A stretch of 64,000 nt of DNA from assembly GCA_017882995.1 (NCBI GenBank), contig JADGOL010000228.1:771-64770 (forward strand). Direction: 5' to 3'. Below the pieces are notes generated by a model. The model did no database searches. It was not told the origin of the DNA and saw only the letters and a program-made list of their open reading frames with translations. This stretch comes from Acidimicrobiales bacterium (lineage in GTDB: Bacteria; Actinomycetota; Acidimicrobiia; Acidimicrobiales; UBA8190). How positions within the stretch are numbered: the stretch's first letter is position 1; each line of letters begins with the position of its first letter. Both the position numbers and the translations under genes were made by a program. Of the stretch, positions 46,785 through 55,953 are shown one piece after another.

Positions 46785-47534
46785 ATGACATCTGAAGCAC
46801 GCGTCGCGGAACAAGTGATTCGCAAGCGCCGCGTCGTGCTCAAGATGTCCGGCGAGGCGCTGGCCTCGTCGGCCTCGGACGAGACCATCGACGGGGGAGT
46901 GGTCGAACATTTTGCCCGGGAGATCACCGTGGCGCGCGCCGAGCTCGATCTGGAGCTCGCCATCGTGGTGGGGGGCGGCAACATCTGGCGAGGCACCACT
47001 GGCGAGGCACAGGGCCTGGACCGCACGACATCGGACACGATGGGCATGCTCGCCACGGTGATCAACGCACTCGCGCTCCAAGACGCCATCGAGCACCACG
47101 GCCAACCCACCCGGGTGCTCTCGGCCATCTCCATGGCCGAGGTGGCCGAGCCCTATATCCGGCGGCGGGCCATCCGCCATCTCGAGAAGGGGCGGGTCGT
47201 GATCTTCGCGGCGGGAATGGGTAACCCGTACTTCACGACCGACACCTCCGCCGCCTTGCGGGCCGCGGAGATCGAGGCCGAGATCTTGTTGAAGGGCACC
47301 CACTCCGGAGTCGACGGTGTCTACAGCGCGGACCCGAAGCTCGACTCCTCGGCCCGACGCTACGACGAGCTCGCCTTCATGGACGTGGTCAATCAGGACC
47401 TGCGGGTCATGGACCTCACGGCGATCACCTTCTGCAAGGACAACCGGCTCCCCGTACTGGTCTTCGACCTCATGGGGCCGGGAAACCTGCATCGTGCGCT
47501 GGCCGGCGAGGAGATCGGTACGCTGATCCGGTGA
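46785..47534 (+). CDS. pyrH: UMP kinase
   Basis: [34 protein letters not shown] 46785 is preferred over the ORF start 46743. Confidence 0.94.
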   Translation: MTSEARVAEQVIRKRRVVLKMSGEALASSASDETIDGGVVEHFAREITVARAELDLELAIVVGGGNIWRGTTGEAQGLDRTTSDTMGMLATVINALALQDAIEHHGQPTRVLSAISMAEVAEPYIRRRAIRHLEKGRVVIFAAGMGNPYFTTDTSAALRAAEIEAEILLKGTHSGVDGVYSADPKLDSSARRYDELAFMDVVNQDLRVMDLTAITFCKDNRLPVLVFDLMGPGNLHRALAGEEIGTLIR

Positions 47535-48103
47535 TGGACGACGAGCTCTCCGGGGTGGTGCTCAGCGACACCCGCGAGCGCATGGAAAAGGCCGTGGGCC
47601 ACACCCGAGCCGACTTCGCCGGGGTCCGGACCGGTCGGGCCACATCCAGCCTTGTCGAGCACTTGCGGGTGGACGTCTACGGCGCCGAGGCGGAGCTTCG
47701 GACCATTGCCGGCCTGAGCGTCCCTGAGGCGCGAATGCTCGTGATCTCCCCGTACGACAAGTCGACGCTGGCCAGCATCGAGAAGGCGATCCAGGCGTCT
47801 GACCTCGGCATCACGCCCTCCAACGACGGCAACGTCATCAGGCTGGGATTCCCGCCGCTCACCGAAGAGCGGCGCAAGGAACTCGTCAAGGTGGTACGTC
47901 ACAAGGCCGAGGAGGGCCGCGTGGCGGTCCGCAATCTCCGTCGGGCGGCCCGTCACGAGCTCGAGGGTCTCGAGCACGGTGGTGACATGTCGTCGGACGA
48001 GCTCGAGCGGGTCGAGAAGGAGCTGGACAAGCTCACTCAGGAAATGGTGACGGCAATCGACAAGCTGCTGGCCCACAAAGAGCAGGAGCTCCTCGAAATC
48101 TAG
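47531..48103 (+). CDS. frr: Ribosome recycling factor
   Basis: About 190 aa. ...ISPYDKS....[31 protein letters not shown]... The start overlaps the pyrH stop. Confidence 0.96.
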   Translation: MMDDELSGVVLSDTRERMEKAVGHTRADFAGVRTGRATSSLVEHLRVDVYGAEAELRTIAGLSVPEARMLVISPYDKSTLASIEKAIQASDLGITPSNDGNVIRLGFPPLTEERRKELVKVVRHKAEEGRVAVRNLRRAARHELEGLEHGGDMSSDELERVEKELDKLTQEMVTAIDKLLAHKEQELLEI

Positions 48104-48108
48104 GGGTG

Positions 48109-48130
48109 CCGGCCGGGGATCCCCGGCCGG
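48109..48130. repeat. Perfect 22-nt GC palindrome (CCGGCCGGGGATCCCCGGCCGG) between frr and cdsA
   Basis: Base-by-base pairing of 48109-48117 with 48122-48130 (9 bp, loop GATC). It lies 5 nt after the frr stop and 1 nt before the cdsA SD GGGGAGG (48132-48138). Confidence 0.85.
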
Positions 48131-48142
48131 TGGGGAGGCGAC

Positions 48143-49894
48143 GTGGACGATCGAGACGAATACGAGCCGGAGGCCGAGGTTCCCATAGAGCCCGTCACCG
48201 AGCGCGTGCGGATCATCGGGGCGCAGCCTGCGGGGACCGTGGGCGGCCAGGCACTCGACGACAAGCCCAGCTCGCCCGAAGGCCCACGTCCTGACGAACC
48301 CGAGGCATCCCCGGTGGTCCACGACGAGGGTCCGAGCGCCCCCACCTTCGACCTCTTCGCCGACGAGCCCGAGGCCGTCACCGTGGTCGAGGAGCCCGCC
48401 CGCCCGTCGCATCCCGAGGATGGGGGTCACTCCGCGCCGTCGGGACGCAACGGCGGTGACCCGCTCCAGCCCGGCGCTGATGTCCTGCAGGCTCCGGAGC
48501 CCACCACGGTCGTCCCCGACATGCCGCACTGGACGGACCCGCCCACGGGCCAGGTTCCGGCCATCCTCGACCGGCGCACCGATGAGGACGACACCGAAGC
48601 GCAATGGTCGGCCGCGGGCGACACCGGACCGGCATGGCGCGAGCACAGCCACGAATGGGACGACAGCAGTTTCGACCCCTCGCTCCTGGCCGACGACGAG
48701 ACGCGGGTGGGCGCATTGGAGGAGACGCCGCTCGAGGAACGCCGGCCCTGGGAGTTCGACGACCTCACCACAGCTTCGGCCGACGAGGACAAGTGGGAGG
48801 CGGAACACGATGTGGGCACGCCCACCATCGCCGGGACCTGGGGCAAGGACAACGACGAGACCGAGGGCCCCGTCGTTACCGAGGGTCACATGGTCACCGC
48901 CTTGCCGGCGTCGAATCCCTCCTCCACGCCCGACTCGGTCGAGCGGGGGGTGGCTTCGATCAGTTCGTCGCCGTTGCGCGCGCCGCGTGACCTGGCGGGG
49001 ATGTCGTCCCCGTCTTCACCTCGAGGCCCGGTAATCGGTCGCAGCGTGCTTCCGCCGGGGCCCTCAGGTGAGGACACCGGCCGCAACATGCCTGTCGCCA
49101 TCGCCACCGGGGTTGTCTTTGCTCTCGTGGCGGTCCTGTGCTTCGAGCTCGGCACCGTCGCCACCCTGGCCTTGGCCACGATCGTCGTCGCGCTCTCGGC
49201 CGCGGAGTGCTACGCCGCCCTGCGACGCGGCGGCCGGCGCCCGGCCACGCTTCTCGGGCTGGTGGCGACCGTGGCCGTCATGGTGGCGGCATACGCCAAG
49301 GGGCTCCCTGCGCTCCCCCTCGTCCTGGTGCTGGTGGTGATCTCGGCCATGGTGTGGCATCTGGTCGGTGTCGAGCGGGGATCGACGGTGGAAGGGGTCA
49401 CCAGCACCCTGCTCGGCTTCGTGTGGGTGGGTTTCTTGGGATCGTTCGCGGCGCTGCTCTTGGCCCCGAGCGAGTTCCCCCATCGCCATGGCATCGCCTT
49501 CTTGCTGGGTGCCATCGTGGCGACGATCGGGGCCGACGTGGGCGCGTTGGCCATCGGGAGCTGGCTGGGACGGCACCACCTGGCGCCGAAGGTGAGCCCC
49601 AACAAGACCTGGGAGGGGCTGATCGGAGGGGCGGTTGTGTCCATCGCCCTCTCAGCGGCGATCACCGGGCAGGTCCACCCCTGGACCGTCCCGAAGGCCG
49701 CGCTCCTGGGCCTGATCGTGGCGGTGGTGGCTCCTATCGGAGACCTGTGCGAATCGCTCGTGAAGAGGGACCTCGGACTGAAGGACATGGGGTCGATCCT
49801 GCCGGGGCATGGGGGTGTGCTCGACCGCGTAGACGCCCTGCTGTTCGTCCTCCCGACGACCTTCTACCTCGTCCGGGTGCTCAACCTCGGGTGA
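48143..49894 (+). CDS. cdsA: Phosphatidate cytidylyltransferase (CDP-diglyceride synthase) with a roughly 314-aa acidic, Trp-containing N-terminal extension
   Basis: The C-terminal roughly 270 aa are polytopic with the CdsA signature SLVKRDLGLKDMGSILPGHGGVLDRVD. GTG 48143 has a strong SD (GGGGAGG, 4 nt spacing), so the extension appears translated. Confidence 0.88.
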   Translation: MDDRDEYEPEAEVPIEPVTERVRIIGAQPAGTVGGQALDDKPSSPEGPRPDEPEASPVVHDEGPSAPTFDLFADEPEAVTVVEEPARPSHPEDGGHSAPSGRNGGDPLQPGADVLQAPEPTTVVPDMPHWTDPPTGQVPAILDRRTDEDDTEAQWSAAGDTGPAWREHSHEWDDSSFDPSLLADDETRVGALEETPLEERRPWEFDDLTTASADEDKWEAEHDVGTPTIAGTWGKDNDETEGPVVTEGHMVTALPASNPSSTPDSVERGVASISSSPLRAPRDLAGMSSPSSPRGPVIGRSVLPPGPSGEDTGRNMPVAIATGVVFALVAVLCFELGTVATLALATIVVALSAAECYAALRRGGRRPATLLGLVATVAVMVAAYAKGLPALPLVLVLVVISAMVWHLVGVERGSTVEGVTSTLLGFVWVGFLGSFAALLLAPSEFPHRHGIAFLLGAIVATIGADVGALAIGSWLGRHHLAPKVSPNKTWEGLIGGAVVSIALSAAITGQVHPWTVPKAALLGLIVAVVAPIGDLCESLVKRDLGLKDMGSILPGHGGVLDRVDALLFVLPTTFYLVRVLNLG

Positions 49895-49949
49895 GAGGCG
49901 CATTCGCGCCGGGAGATGGTGCGTGGCCTCGACACCCCGGGGTCGCCCG

Positions 49950-51107
49950 ATGAGGGTGAGCCTCGTCGGCTCGACGGGGTCCATCGGCACCCAGGCCGTC
50001 GAAGTGATGACGACCGAGCCCGACCGGTTCACCGCCGCCGGACTGGCCACGTGGCGTTCTGTCGAGGTGCTCGGCGCCCAGGCCCGGGCACTTCGCCCCG
50101 AAGTCGTCGCCATTGGTGACCCCTCGTTGGCGGGGGCGCTGTCGGCAGCGGTGCCCAAGGGAACCGAGGTGTTGACGGGACCCGAGGGTCTTGCCACGGT
50201 GGCCCGCCTCGGTGACGTCGTGCTCAATGCCGTGGTGGGTTTTGCCGGCCTGCCCGTGACCCTGGCCGCGCTCGGAGCCGGGCACCGTCTGGCGCTCGCA
50301 AACAAGGAATCCCTGATCGCCGGGGCGCCCGTCGTGGCGCGTGCCAAGCAGACACCGGGGGCGGAGATCTTGCCCGTGGACTCCGAGCACTGTGCGCTTC
50401 ACCAGTGCCTGCGGGCCGGGAACGGCCCCGATGAGGTGGCCCGGCTCGTCCTCACCGCCAGTGGAGGTCCGTTCCGGGGGCGCACCAGCGAAGAGCTGGC
50501 CAACGTGGCGGTGGAAGAAGCCCTGGCCCATCCGACATGGCGGATGGGCCCGAAGATCACGGTGGACTCCTCCACCCTCATGAACAAGGGTCTCGAGGTC
50601 ATCGAGGCCCACGAGCTGTTCGGCGTGGAGTACGACCGGATCGCGGTCATTATTCACCCCCAGTCGGTCGTACACTCGATGGTGGAGTTCATTGACGGAT
50701 CGACTGTGGCCCAACTTTCCCAGCCAGACATGCGCCTGCCCATCGGGTACGCGCTCGGTTACCCTCATCGCCTCCAGCACCCCTTCGGTGCGATCGACTG
50801 GTCGTCTTTGGGCCGGCTCGATTTCGAACCACCTGACCGCAAGGTCTTTGCCTGTCTCGACCTCGCCGAGGAGGCGGGCCGGGCCGGTGGGCTCGCCCCC
50901 GCATGGCTCAACGCCGGGAACGAGGTCGGGGTGGCCGCCTTCCTGGCCGGTCGCATCGGCTGGGGCGCGATCGCCGAGGTCGTCGCCGACACCCTGGCGG
51001 CGTGCGACGGGGCCGACGCCACAGACACCGAGGACGTCATCGAGGCCGATCGGCGCGCCCGGGAGCACGCAGAGCGCTCGGTTCGCCAGCGGGAACAGGC
51101 CGCATGA
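49950..51107 (+). CDS. dxr: 1-deoxy-D-xylulose 5-phosphate reductoisomerase
   Basis: MRVSLVGSTGSIGTQAVEV, LANKESL, NKGLEVIEA. Confidence 0.95.
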   Translation: MRVSLVGSTGSIGTQAVEVMTTEPDRFTAAGLATWRSVEVLGAQARALRPEVVAIGDPSLAGALSAAVPKGTEVLTGPEGLATVARLGDVVLNAVVGFAGLPVTLAALGAGHRLALANKESLIAGAPVVARAKQTPGAEILPVDSEHCALHQCLRAGNGPDEVARLVLTASGGPFRGRTSEELANVAVEEALAHPTWRMGPKITVDSSTLMNKGLEVIEAHELFGVEYDRIAVIIHPQSVVHSMVEFIDGSTVAQLSQPDMRLPIGYALGYPHRLQHPFGAIDWSSLGRLDFEPPDRKVFACLDLAEEAGRAGGLAPAWLNAGNEVGVAAFLAGRIGWGAIAEVVADTLAACDGADATDTEDVIEADRRAREHAERSVRQREQAA

Positions 51108-52381
51108 GTCAGCTCGTCACCGGCCCGGAGAACGCCGCGCCCGATCCCCTGCACCATCACTTCGACCCGGGCGCACCACAGCGCTCGTCGCTGGCGCGGC
51201 TCGTGGTCTTCGTGATGGCCGTCGTGTTGGCGGCCATCGTGACCCACACGACTTCGGTGCTCATCGTCGTCGTGGCGCTCGTGATCATGATCATGCTGCA
51301 CGAGCTCGGTCACCTCCTGACCGCCAAATGGGGTCGCATGAAGGTGACCGAGTACTTCCTCGGGTTCGGGCCCCGCTTGTGGTCGATCCGTCGGGGGGAG
51401 ACCGAGTACGGCATCAAAGCCATCCCCGCCGGCGGCTACGTGAAGATCCTCGGGATGACGAGCGCCGAGCATGTCGACCCCGCCGACGAGCCCCGCACTT
51501 ACCGTCAGCGGCCGTTCCACAACCGGCTCCTCGTGGCGGTGGCCGGGTCCGCCATGCATGGCGTGATGGCCTTCGTGTTGTTGTGGGGACTGTTCGTCTT
51601 CATCGGCGCCCCGCAGGGCAACGCCGTGGCGATCAACGGGTTCGCGCCGCTCGCCCACGGTGTCGACCCGGCGCGGGCCGCGGGGCTCCAGGCCGGCGAC
51701 GTGGTGAAGCGCGTGAACGGAGCGTCGGTGCACTCCGCGTCGGACCTCCAGAAGGCGATCGAGCATTCCACGGGTACCCCGATCACCCTGGTCGTCGAGC
51801 GCGGTGGCCAGGACAGGACAGTCGTCGTCACTCCCCAAGCCGCCACGGCGGGAGCGAAAGGGCACATCGGGGTCCTCATCGGGCAGCCCAACGTCCGCAG
51901 CGGGCCGGTGGGTGCCATTCCGAAAGCGGGACACCTCTTCGGAGAGATGGTCACCGGGTCATTCGCCGGCATCGGCCAGGTGTTCTCGGCCAGCGGGATC
52001 AACAGCTATGTCCACGACCTGACCAGTGCCAAGGCCGCGTCGCAAGCGGCGAAGACCGGCAACCGCCCCCAATCGATCTACGGTGCGGCGCGCATCGCCG
52101 TACAGGGCGCGCAGGCCGGGGCGACACAGCTGATCTACGTGCTTACGTTGATCATCATCTTCGTCGGGATCATCAACCTGTTCCCGATGCTGCCGCTCGA
52201 CGGGGGCCATGTGGTGATCGCCGTGTACGAACGCATCCGGAGTCGACGGGGTCGCCTCTATCACGCCGATGTCAACAAGCTCACCCCGATCGTGTGGGCA
52301 TTCGTGTTGTTGCTGGGTTTCATCGTCTTCACGTCGTTGTACCTCGACATCACGCACCCGGTGAAGAACCCGTTCCAATAG
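51104..52381 (+). CDS. Site-2 (RIP) zinc metalloprotease, M50 family (RseP/Rip1-like) with PDZ domain
   Basis: HELGHLLTAKW (HExxH) in a TM helix, a PDZ-like GLQAGDVVKRVNG, and C-terminal NLFPMLPLDGGHV. ATGA overlap with dxr. Confidence 0.9.
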   Translation: MSQLVTGPENAAPDPLHHHFDPGAPQRSSLARLVVFVMAVVLAAIVTHTTSVLIVVVALVIMIMLHELGHLLTAKWGRMKVTEYFLGFGPRLWSIRRGETEYGIKAIPAGGYVKILGMTSAEHVDPADEPRTYRQRPFHNRLLVAVAGSAMHGVMAFVLLWGLFVFIGAPQGNAVAINGFAPLAHGVDPARAAGLQAGDVVKRVNGASVHSASDLQKAIEHSTGTPITLVVERGGQDRTVVVTPQAATAGAKGHIGVLIGQPNVRSGPVGAIPKAGHLFGEMVTGSFAGIGQVFSASGINSYVHDLTSAKAASQAAKTGNRPQSIYGAARIAVQGAQAGATQLIYVLTLIIIFVGIINLFPMLPLDGGHVVIAVYERIRSRRGRLYHADVNKLTPIVWAFVLLLGFIVFTSLYLDITHPVKNPFQ

Positions 52382-52409
52382 GCCCCGTTTCCGTAGAGAG
52401 GGAGACGCT

Positions 52410-53681
52410 GTGATGGCCCGTCCCACGCTGATCGCGGCGGAGCGCCGGCCCACTCGTCAGATCCACGTCGGCTCCGTCGCCGTCGGCGGCGGGGCGCCGA
52501 TCTCGGTGCAGTCGATGACCATCACGAAGACCGCCGACGTCGAGGGCACGTTGGCCCAGATCTACGCGCTGGCGTCGGCCGGGGCGGACATCGTCCGCTG
52601 CACGTGCAACGAGAAAGAGGCCGCCGAGGGACTCGCGCACATCGTGCCCCGCTCGCCGGTCCCCATCATCGCCGACATCCACTTCCACCACGAGATGGCG
52701 CTGGCGGCGCTGGAGGCGGGTGTCCAGGGTCTGCGGCTCAATCCCGGGAACCTGCGCAAGGAAGCCGAGATCAAACAGGTTGCCCAAGAGGCCAAGGACC
52801 GCGGGGTGCCGATCCGGATCGGGGTCAACGCGGGGTCGCTCCACCCCGACCTCTACAAACGCTTCGGCGGGGCGACGCCCGAGGCGCTCGTCGAGTCGGC
52901 CCGGATGGAGTTGGCCTACTTCGCCGAGGTCGACTTCGACGACGTCAAGATCTCGGTCAAGGCGTCCTCGGTTCCCCTCATGATCGAGGCCTACCGACTG
53001 GCGTCAGAGACCTTCGACCACCCGCTTCACCTCGGAGTGACCGAAGCGGGCCCCCCGCCGGCCGGGCTCGTGAAGGGCACCGCCGGCATCGGGACCTTGC
53101 TGGCGGAAGGCATCGGCGACACCATCCGGTACTCGCTCACCGCCGATCCGGTGGAAGAGGTGAGAGCGGGACGCCAGCTTCTCGAGGCCATGGGACTGCG
53201 CGAACGCAAGTCCGTCGACCTCATTGCCTGCCCATCGTGCGGGCGGGCCGAGATCGACGTGATCGGAGTGGCCCGGGCCGCGCAAGAAGCCCTCGAGTCG
53301 CGCCAGTTGCCCATCCAGGTGGCGGTCATGGGATGTGTGGTGAACGGTCCCGGGGAGGCCCGCGAAGCCGACCTGGGCATCGCTGCGGGTCGTCGCCGAG
53401 GCCATCTCTTCATCAAGGGGAAGATCGTCCGGGTCGTGCCCGAGGACGAGATGGTGGCGGCACTGGTGGAGGAGGCCGAGAAGCTCGTGGCCGAAGGGAT
53501 CGAGGCGCGTCTCGCCGCGGCAGATGCCGGGGCCGAGGCCGAGGCCGAGGCCGACCGGCGCATGCTCATCGAGGCCAAGGGCGAAGACGCCAACCACAGC
53601 GCCCAGAAGGTCGAGCTCATCCGCAAGACGATCGACGAGGGCCACGAGCCTCCCGCGACGTCCACGGACCTCCCTGCCTGA
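52410..53681 (+). CDS. ispG: 4-hydroxy-3-methylbut-2-en-1-yl diphosphate synthase
   Basis: IHVGSVAVGGGAPISVQSMT, LRLNPGN, cluster cysteines (ACPSCGR ... MGCVVNGPGE). A roughly 60-aa A/E-rich C-terminal tail follows. Confidence 0.95.
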   Translation: MMARPTLIAAERRPTRQIHVGSVAVGGGAPISVQSMTITKTADVEGTLAQIYALASAGADIVRCTCNEKEAAEGLAHIVPRSPVPIIADIHFHHEMALAALEAGVQGLRLNPGNLRKEAEIKQVAQEAKDRGVPIRIGVNAGSLHPDLYKRFGGATPEALVESARMELAYFAEVDFDDVKISVKASSVPLMIEAYRLASETFDHPLHLGVTEAGPPPAGLVKGTAGIGTLLAEGIGDTIRYSLTADPVEEVRAGRQLLEAMGLRERKSVDLIACPSCGRAEIDVIGVARAAQEALESRQLPIQVAVMGCVVNGPGEAREADLGIAAGRRRGHLFIKGKIVRVVPEDEMVAALVEEAEKLVAEGIEARLAAADAGAEAEAEADRRMLIEAKGEDANHSAQKVELIRKTIDEGHEPPATSTDLPA

Positions 53682-53735
53682 AGTCCCACGAGGACGCGCC
53701 GGCCGGGACCAGCCGACCGGGACCAGTGAGACGGA

Positions 53736-55157
53736 CTAGTAGGCGCGGGCGACCACGGCCAGGAGCTCGGCATCGGGGCCGTCCTCATCGGCACCCGGGA
53801 GCGAGCCGTCGAGCCGGGTGAGCAGGCGCACCGTCACCCCGGCCCGGTTGAGCTGCGTCTCGCCGTCGTTCCCGAGGACACGAAGAGCGATGGTGGCGAA
53901 ACCGGTCCGAGACGCCTCTTCTGCTTCGGCCACGGTGGACACCTCGACGGTCCGGGCGCGCCGGCGCTCGAGGGCTTCGGCGAGCAGAGCCGCCTGGGCC
54001 TCGTCGAGCGCGCTGCGAACGGCGACCTCGAGCCCGGCCACGGGCACGGTGGTCTTGGTTCCCGAGTCCCGGCGCACGAGCACCGCCTCGCCGGCGTTGA
54101 GCTCGCGGGGGCCGACTTCGACGCGCACGGGCACGCCCTTGAGCTCCCAGTCCACCACCCGACGGCCGAATGACGTGTCCGTGCGACCGTCGAGTTGGGA
54201 CCGAAGACCCGCCTCGGAGAGCTGGGCGGTGATGGCAGCGGCCTTGTCGCCGGCGCCGTCCTCGTCGCGCACCACCAGAACGACGACCTGGACGGGCGCG
54301 AGGAGCGGCGGGATCCGGAGTCCGTTGTCGTCGCCGTGCGCCATGACCAGCGCGCCCATGAGCCGCGACGATGCCCCCCACGAGGTCTGCCAGACGTGCT
54401 CCTCCTTCCCGGACTCGTCGAGAAAGGTGGTGTTGAATACGCGGGCGAAATTCTGCCCGAGCTCGTGGCTCGTTCCCATCTGCAGCGCTTTGCCGTCGCG
54501 CATCATGGCTTCGCACGTCCAGGTGGTGGTGGCCCCCGAAAAGCGCTCGCGCTCGGTCTTGCGCCCCGTCAGAATGGGGACGGCGAGGACGTTGACCATG
54601 AAGTCCTCGTACACGTCATGCAGGATCTGCAGTGCGAATTCCCGAGCTTCTGACTCCGTCGTGTGTGCCGTATGGCCCTCTTGCCACAGGAATTCGGTGG
54701 TCCGGAGGAAGAGGCGGGGACGCAGCTCCCAGCGAACGACGTTGGCCCATTGGTTGATCAGGAACGGGAGGTCCCGGTAGCTCTGGATCCACTTGGAGAA
54801 GTAGGCGTTGATGATCGTCTCGCTCGTGGGGCGCACCACCACGGGCTCGTCGAGCAGCTTGCCGCCCCCATGTGTCACCACCGCCAACTCGGGACTGAAG
54901 CCCTCGACGTGGGCCGCTTCACGCTTCAAGTAGCTCTCGGGGATGAAGAGCGGGAAATACGCGTTGGGCACCCCCGCCGCCTTGATGCGGGCGTCGAGCT
55001 CGGCCTGCATCCGCTCCCAGATCGAATAGCCGTAGGGGCGGATGACCATGGTGCCGCGCACGGGCCCGTTGTCGGCCAGCTCGGCCTTGGCGAGGACGTC
55101 TTGGTACCACTGGGGGAAATCGGTCGCCTGGGAGGCGAGGACGCTCTTGCGGGCCAT
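53736..55157 (-). CDS. proS: Proline-tRNA ligase, archaeal/eukaryote-like (short, no INS editing domain) type
   Basis: 473 aa. SQATDFPQWYQDVLAKAELADNGPVRGTMVIRPYGYSIWE, FPLFIPESYL..EAAHVEGFSPELAVVTH and TSHELGQNF align along their length with Thermus-type ProRS. It ends in the conserved ...ARAY. Confidence 0.92.
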   Translation of the reverse strand: MARKSVLASQATDFPQWYQDVLAKAELADNGPVRGTMVIRPYGYSIWERMQAELDARIKAAGVPNAYFPLFIPESYLKREAAHVEGFSPELAVVTHGGGKLLDEPVVVRPTSETIINAYFSKWIQSYRDLPFLINQWANVVRWELRPRLFLRTTEFLWQEGHTAHTTESEAREFALQILHDVYEDFMVNVLAVPILTGRKTERERFSGATTTWTCEAMMRDGKALQMGTSHELGQNFARVFNTTFLDESGKEEHVWQTSWGASSRLMGALVMAHGDDNGLRIPPLLAPVQVVVLVVRDEDGAGDKAAAITAQLSEAGLRSQLDGRTDTSFGRRVVDWELKGVPVRVEVGPRELNAGEAVLVRRDSGTKTTVPVAGLEVAVRSALDEAQAALLAEALERRRARTVEVSTVAEAEEASRTGFATIALRVLGNDGETQLNRAGVTVRLLTRLDGSLPGADEDGPDAELLAVVARAY

Positions 55158-55187
55158 GGCGCCCAGGATGCTACGGCCTGGGTAGCG

Positions 55188-55652
55188 CTACCCGGTGCGC
55201 TCGAGCCCCTCGGGCGTGAGGACCACGCGCCGCCCCGAGACGAGCTCGGGGCAGATCTCCATCACGTGCTCCGCTGAAGTGGGCGAGTGCGGCCGCACCA
55301 GCAGCTCGTCGGCTCGAGCCCGCCTGGCGTCATCGGTGATCTCGTCGGCAGTTCCCACCACGAGCACGCTCCATGCCTCGTGACCCAGGGGGTCGAGGTC
55401 GTCGACCTCGAAGGCCACGACGGCATTGCTCGCGGCGGCGTGGAGACTGGTCGCCCCGGCGGTCCGGAAGACCACGTGGCCGTCGAGCATGGCGTAGTTC
55501 ACCGGGAAGACAGCCGGGACCGCTCCGATCGACACCGCCACCCGACCGATCCCGCCCTCTCCGAGCAGCGCGAGGCACGCGGACTGCTCGATCGAATCCA
55601 CGGCATGGCCGTCGCTCGTTTCCTGGCGCGTCACCGATCCAGCCTGGCGCAA
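55188..55652 (-). CDS. Pyridoxamine 5'-phosphate oxidase-family (flavin/deazaflavin-binding split-barrel, Pyridox_ox_2-like) protein
   Basis: 154 aa. C..LL....IGRVAV......AVFPVNYAMLDGHVVFRTA.....AAASNAVVAFEVDDLD....WSVLVVGTA..I pattern. Start is uncertain (TTG 55652 or GTG 55634). Confidence 0.65.
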   Translation of the reverse strand: MRQAGSVTRQETSDGHAVDSIEQSACLALLGEGGIGRVAVSIGAVPAVFPVNYAMLDGHVVFRTAGATSLHAAASNAVVAFEVDDLDPLGHEAWSVLVVGTADEITDDARRARADELLVRPHSPTSAEHVMEICPELVSGRRVVLTPEGLERTG

Positions 55653-55826
55653 CGAGGGAGGCGGTTGTAGGGGCCAAGGTCCCGAAACCCGATGCCGACC
55701 GGATCGAGACGTCGAGCCGTTCGACGGCGGCGCGATAATCGGTCTGCGGTCTGGGCCGGAACGGTCCGGGAACCGTCGTCGACCGTCTCAGGGGCCCGAC
55801 CCGCCCAAAGTGTCGAGGAGGGTGAC

Positions 55827-55835
55827 TGATATACT
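55827..55835 (+). promoter_or_regulatory. Candidate extended -10 promoter element (TGaTATACT) for the rimP-nusA-infB operon
   Basis: TG at 55827-55828 and TATACT at 55830-55835, in an otherwise GC-rich 300-nt divergent intergenic region. There is no convincing -35. Confidence 0.3.
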
Positions 55836-55872
55836 TGCTGCGCTGTTGGTCCGGGGGGTTGAAGGTGCGTTC

Positions 55873-55898
55873 GAAGCGTGGGCGGCAGCCCACGCTTC
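55873..55898 (+). terminator. Leader hairpin (11-bp perfect stem, GGCA loop) followed by TGCTTTC; candidate attenuator upstream of rimP
   Basis: GAAGCGTGGGC-GGCA-GCCCACGCTTC was read directly. It lies about 55 nt upstream of the likely rimP start and downstream of the candidate -10. Confidence 0.5.
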
Positions 55899-55953
55899 TG
55901 CTTTCACCGGCCGGACCAGACGTGAGGCGCCAAGCCGCGGAGGGACGAGGGAG

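Noticed and set aside
55810-55953. 5' extension of the rimP ORF (ORF track start 55810)
   Set aside because: The extension has no similarity to RimP N-termini, which begin near ...LLASTVAPLGLEVVDVE. It also contains the promoter-like element and the 11-bp leader hairpin. GTG 55954/55966 fit better.
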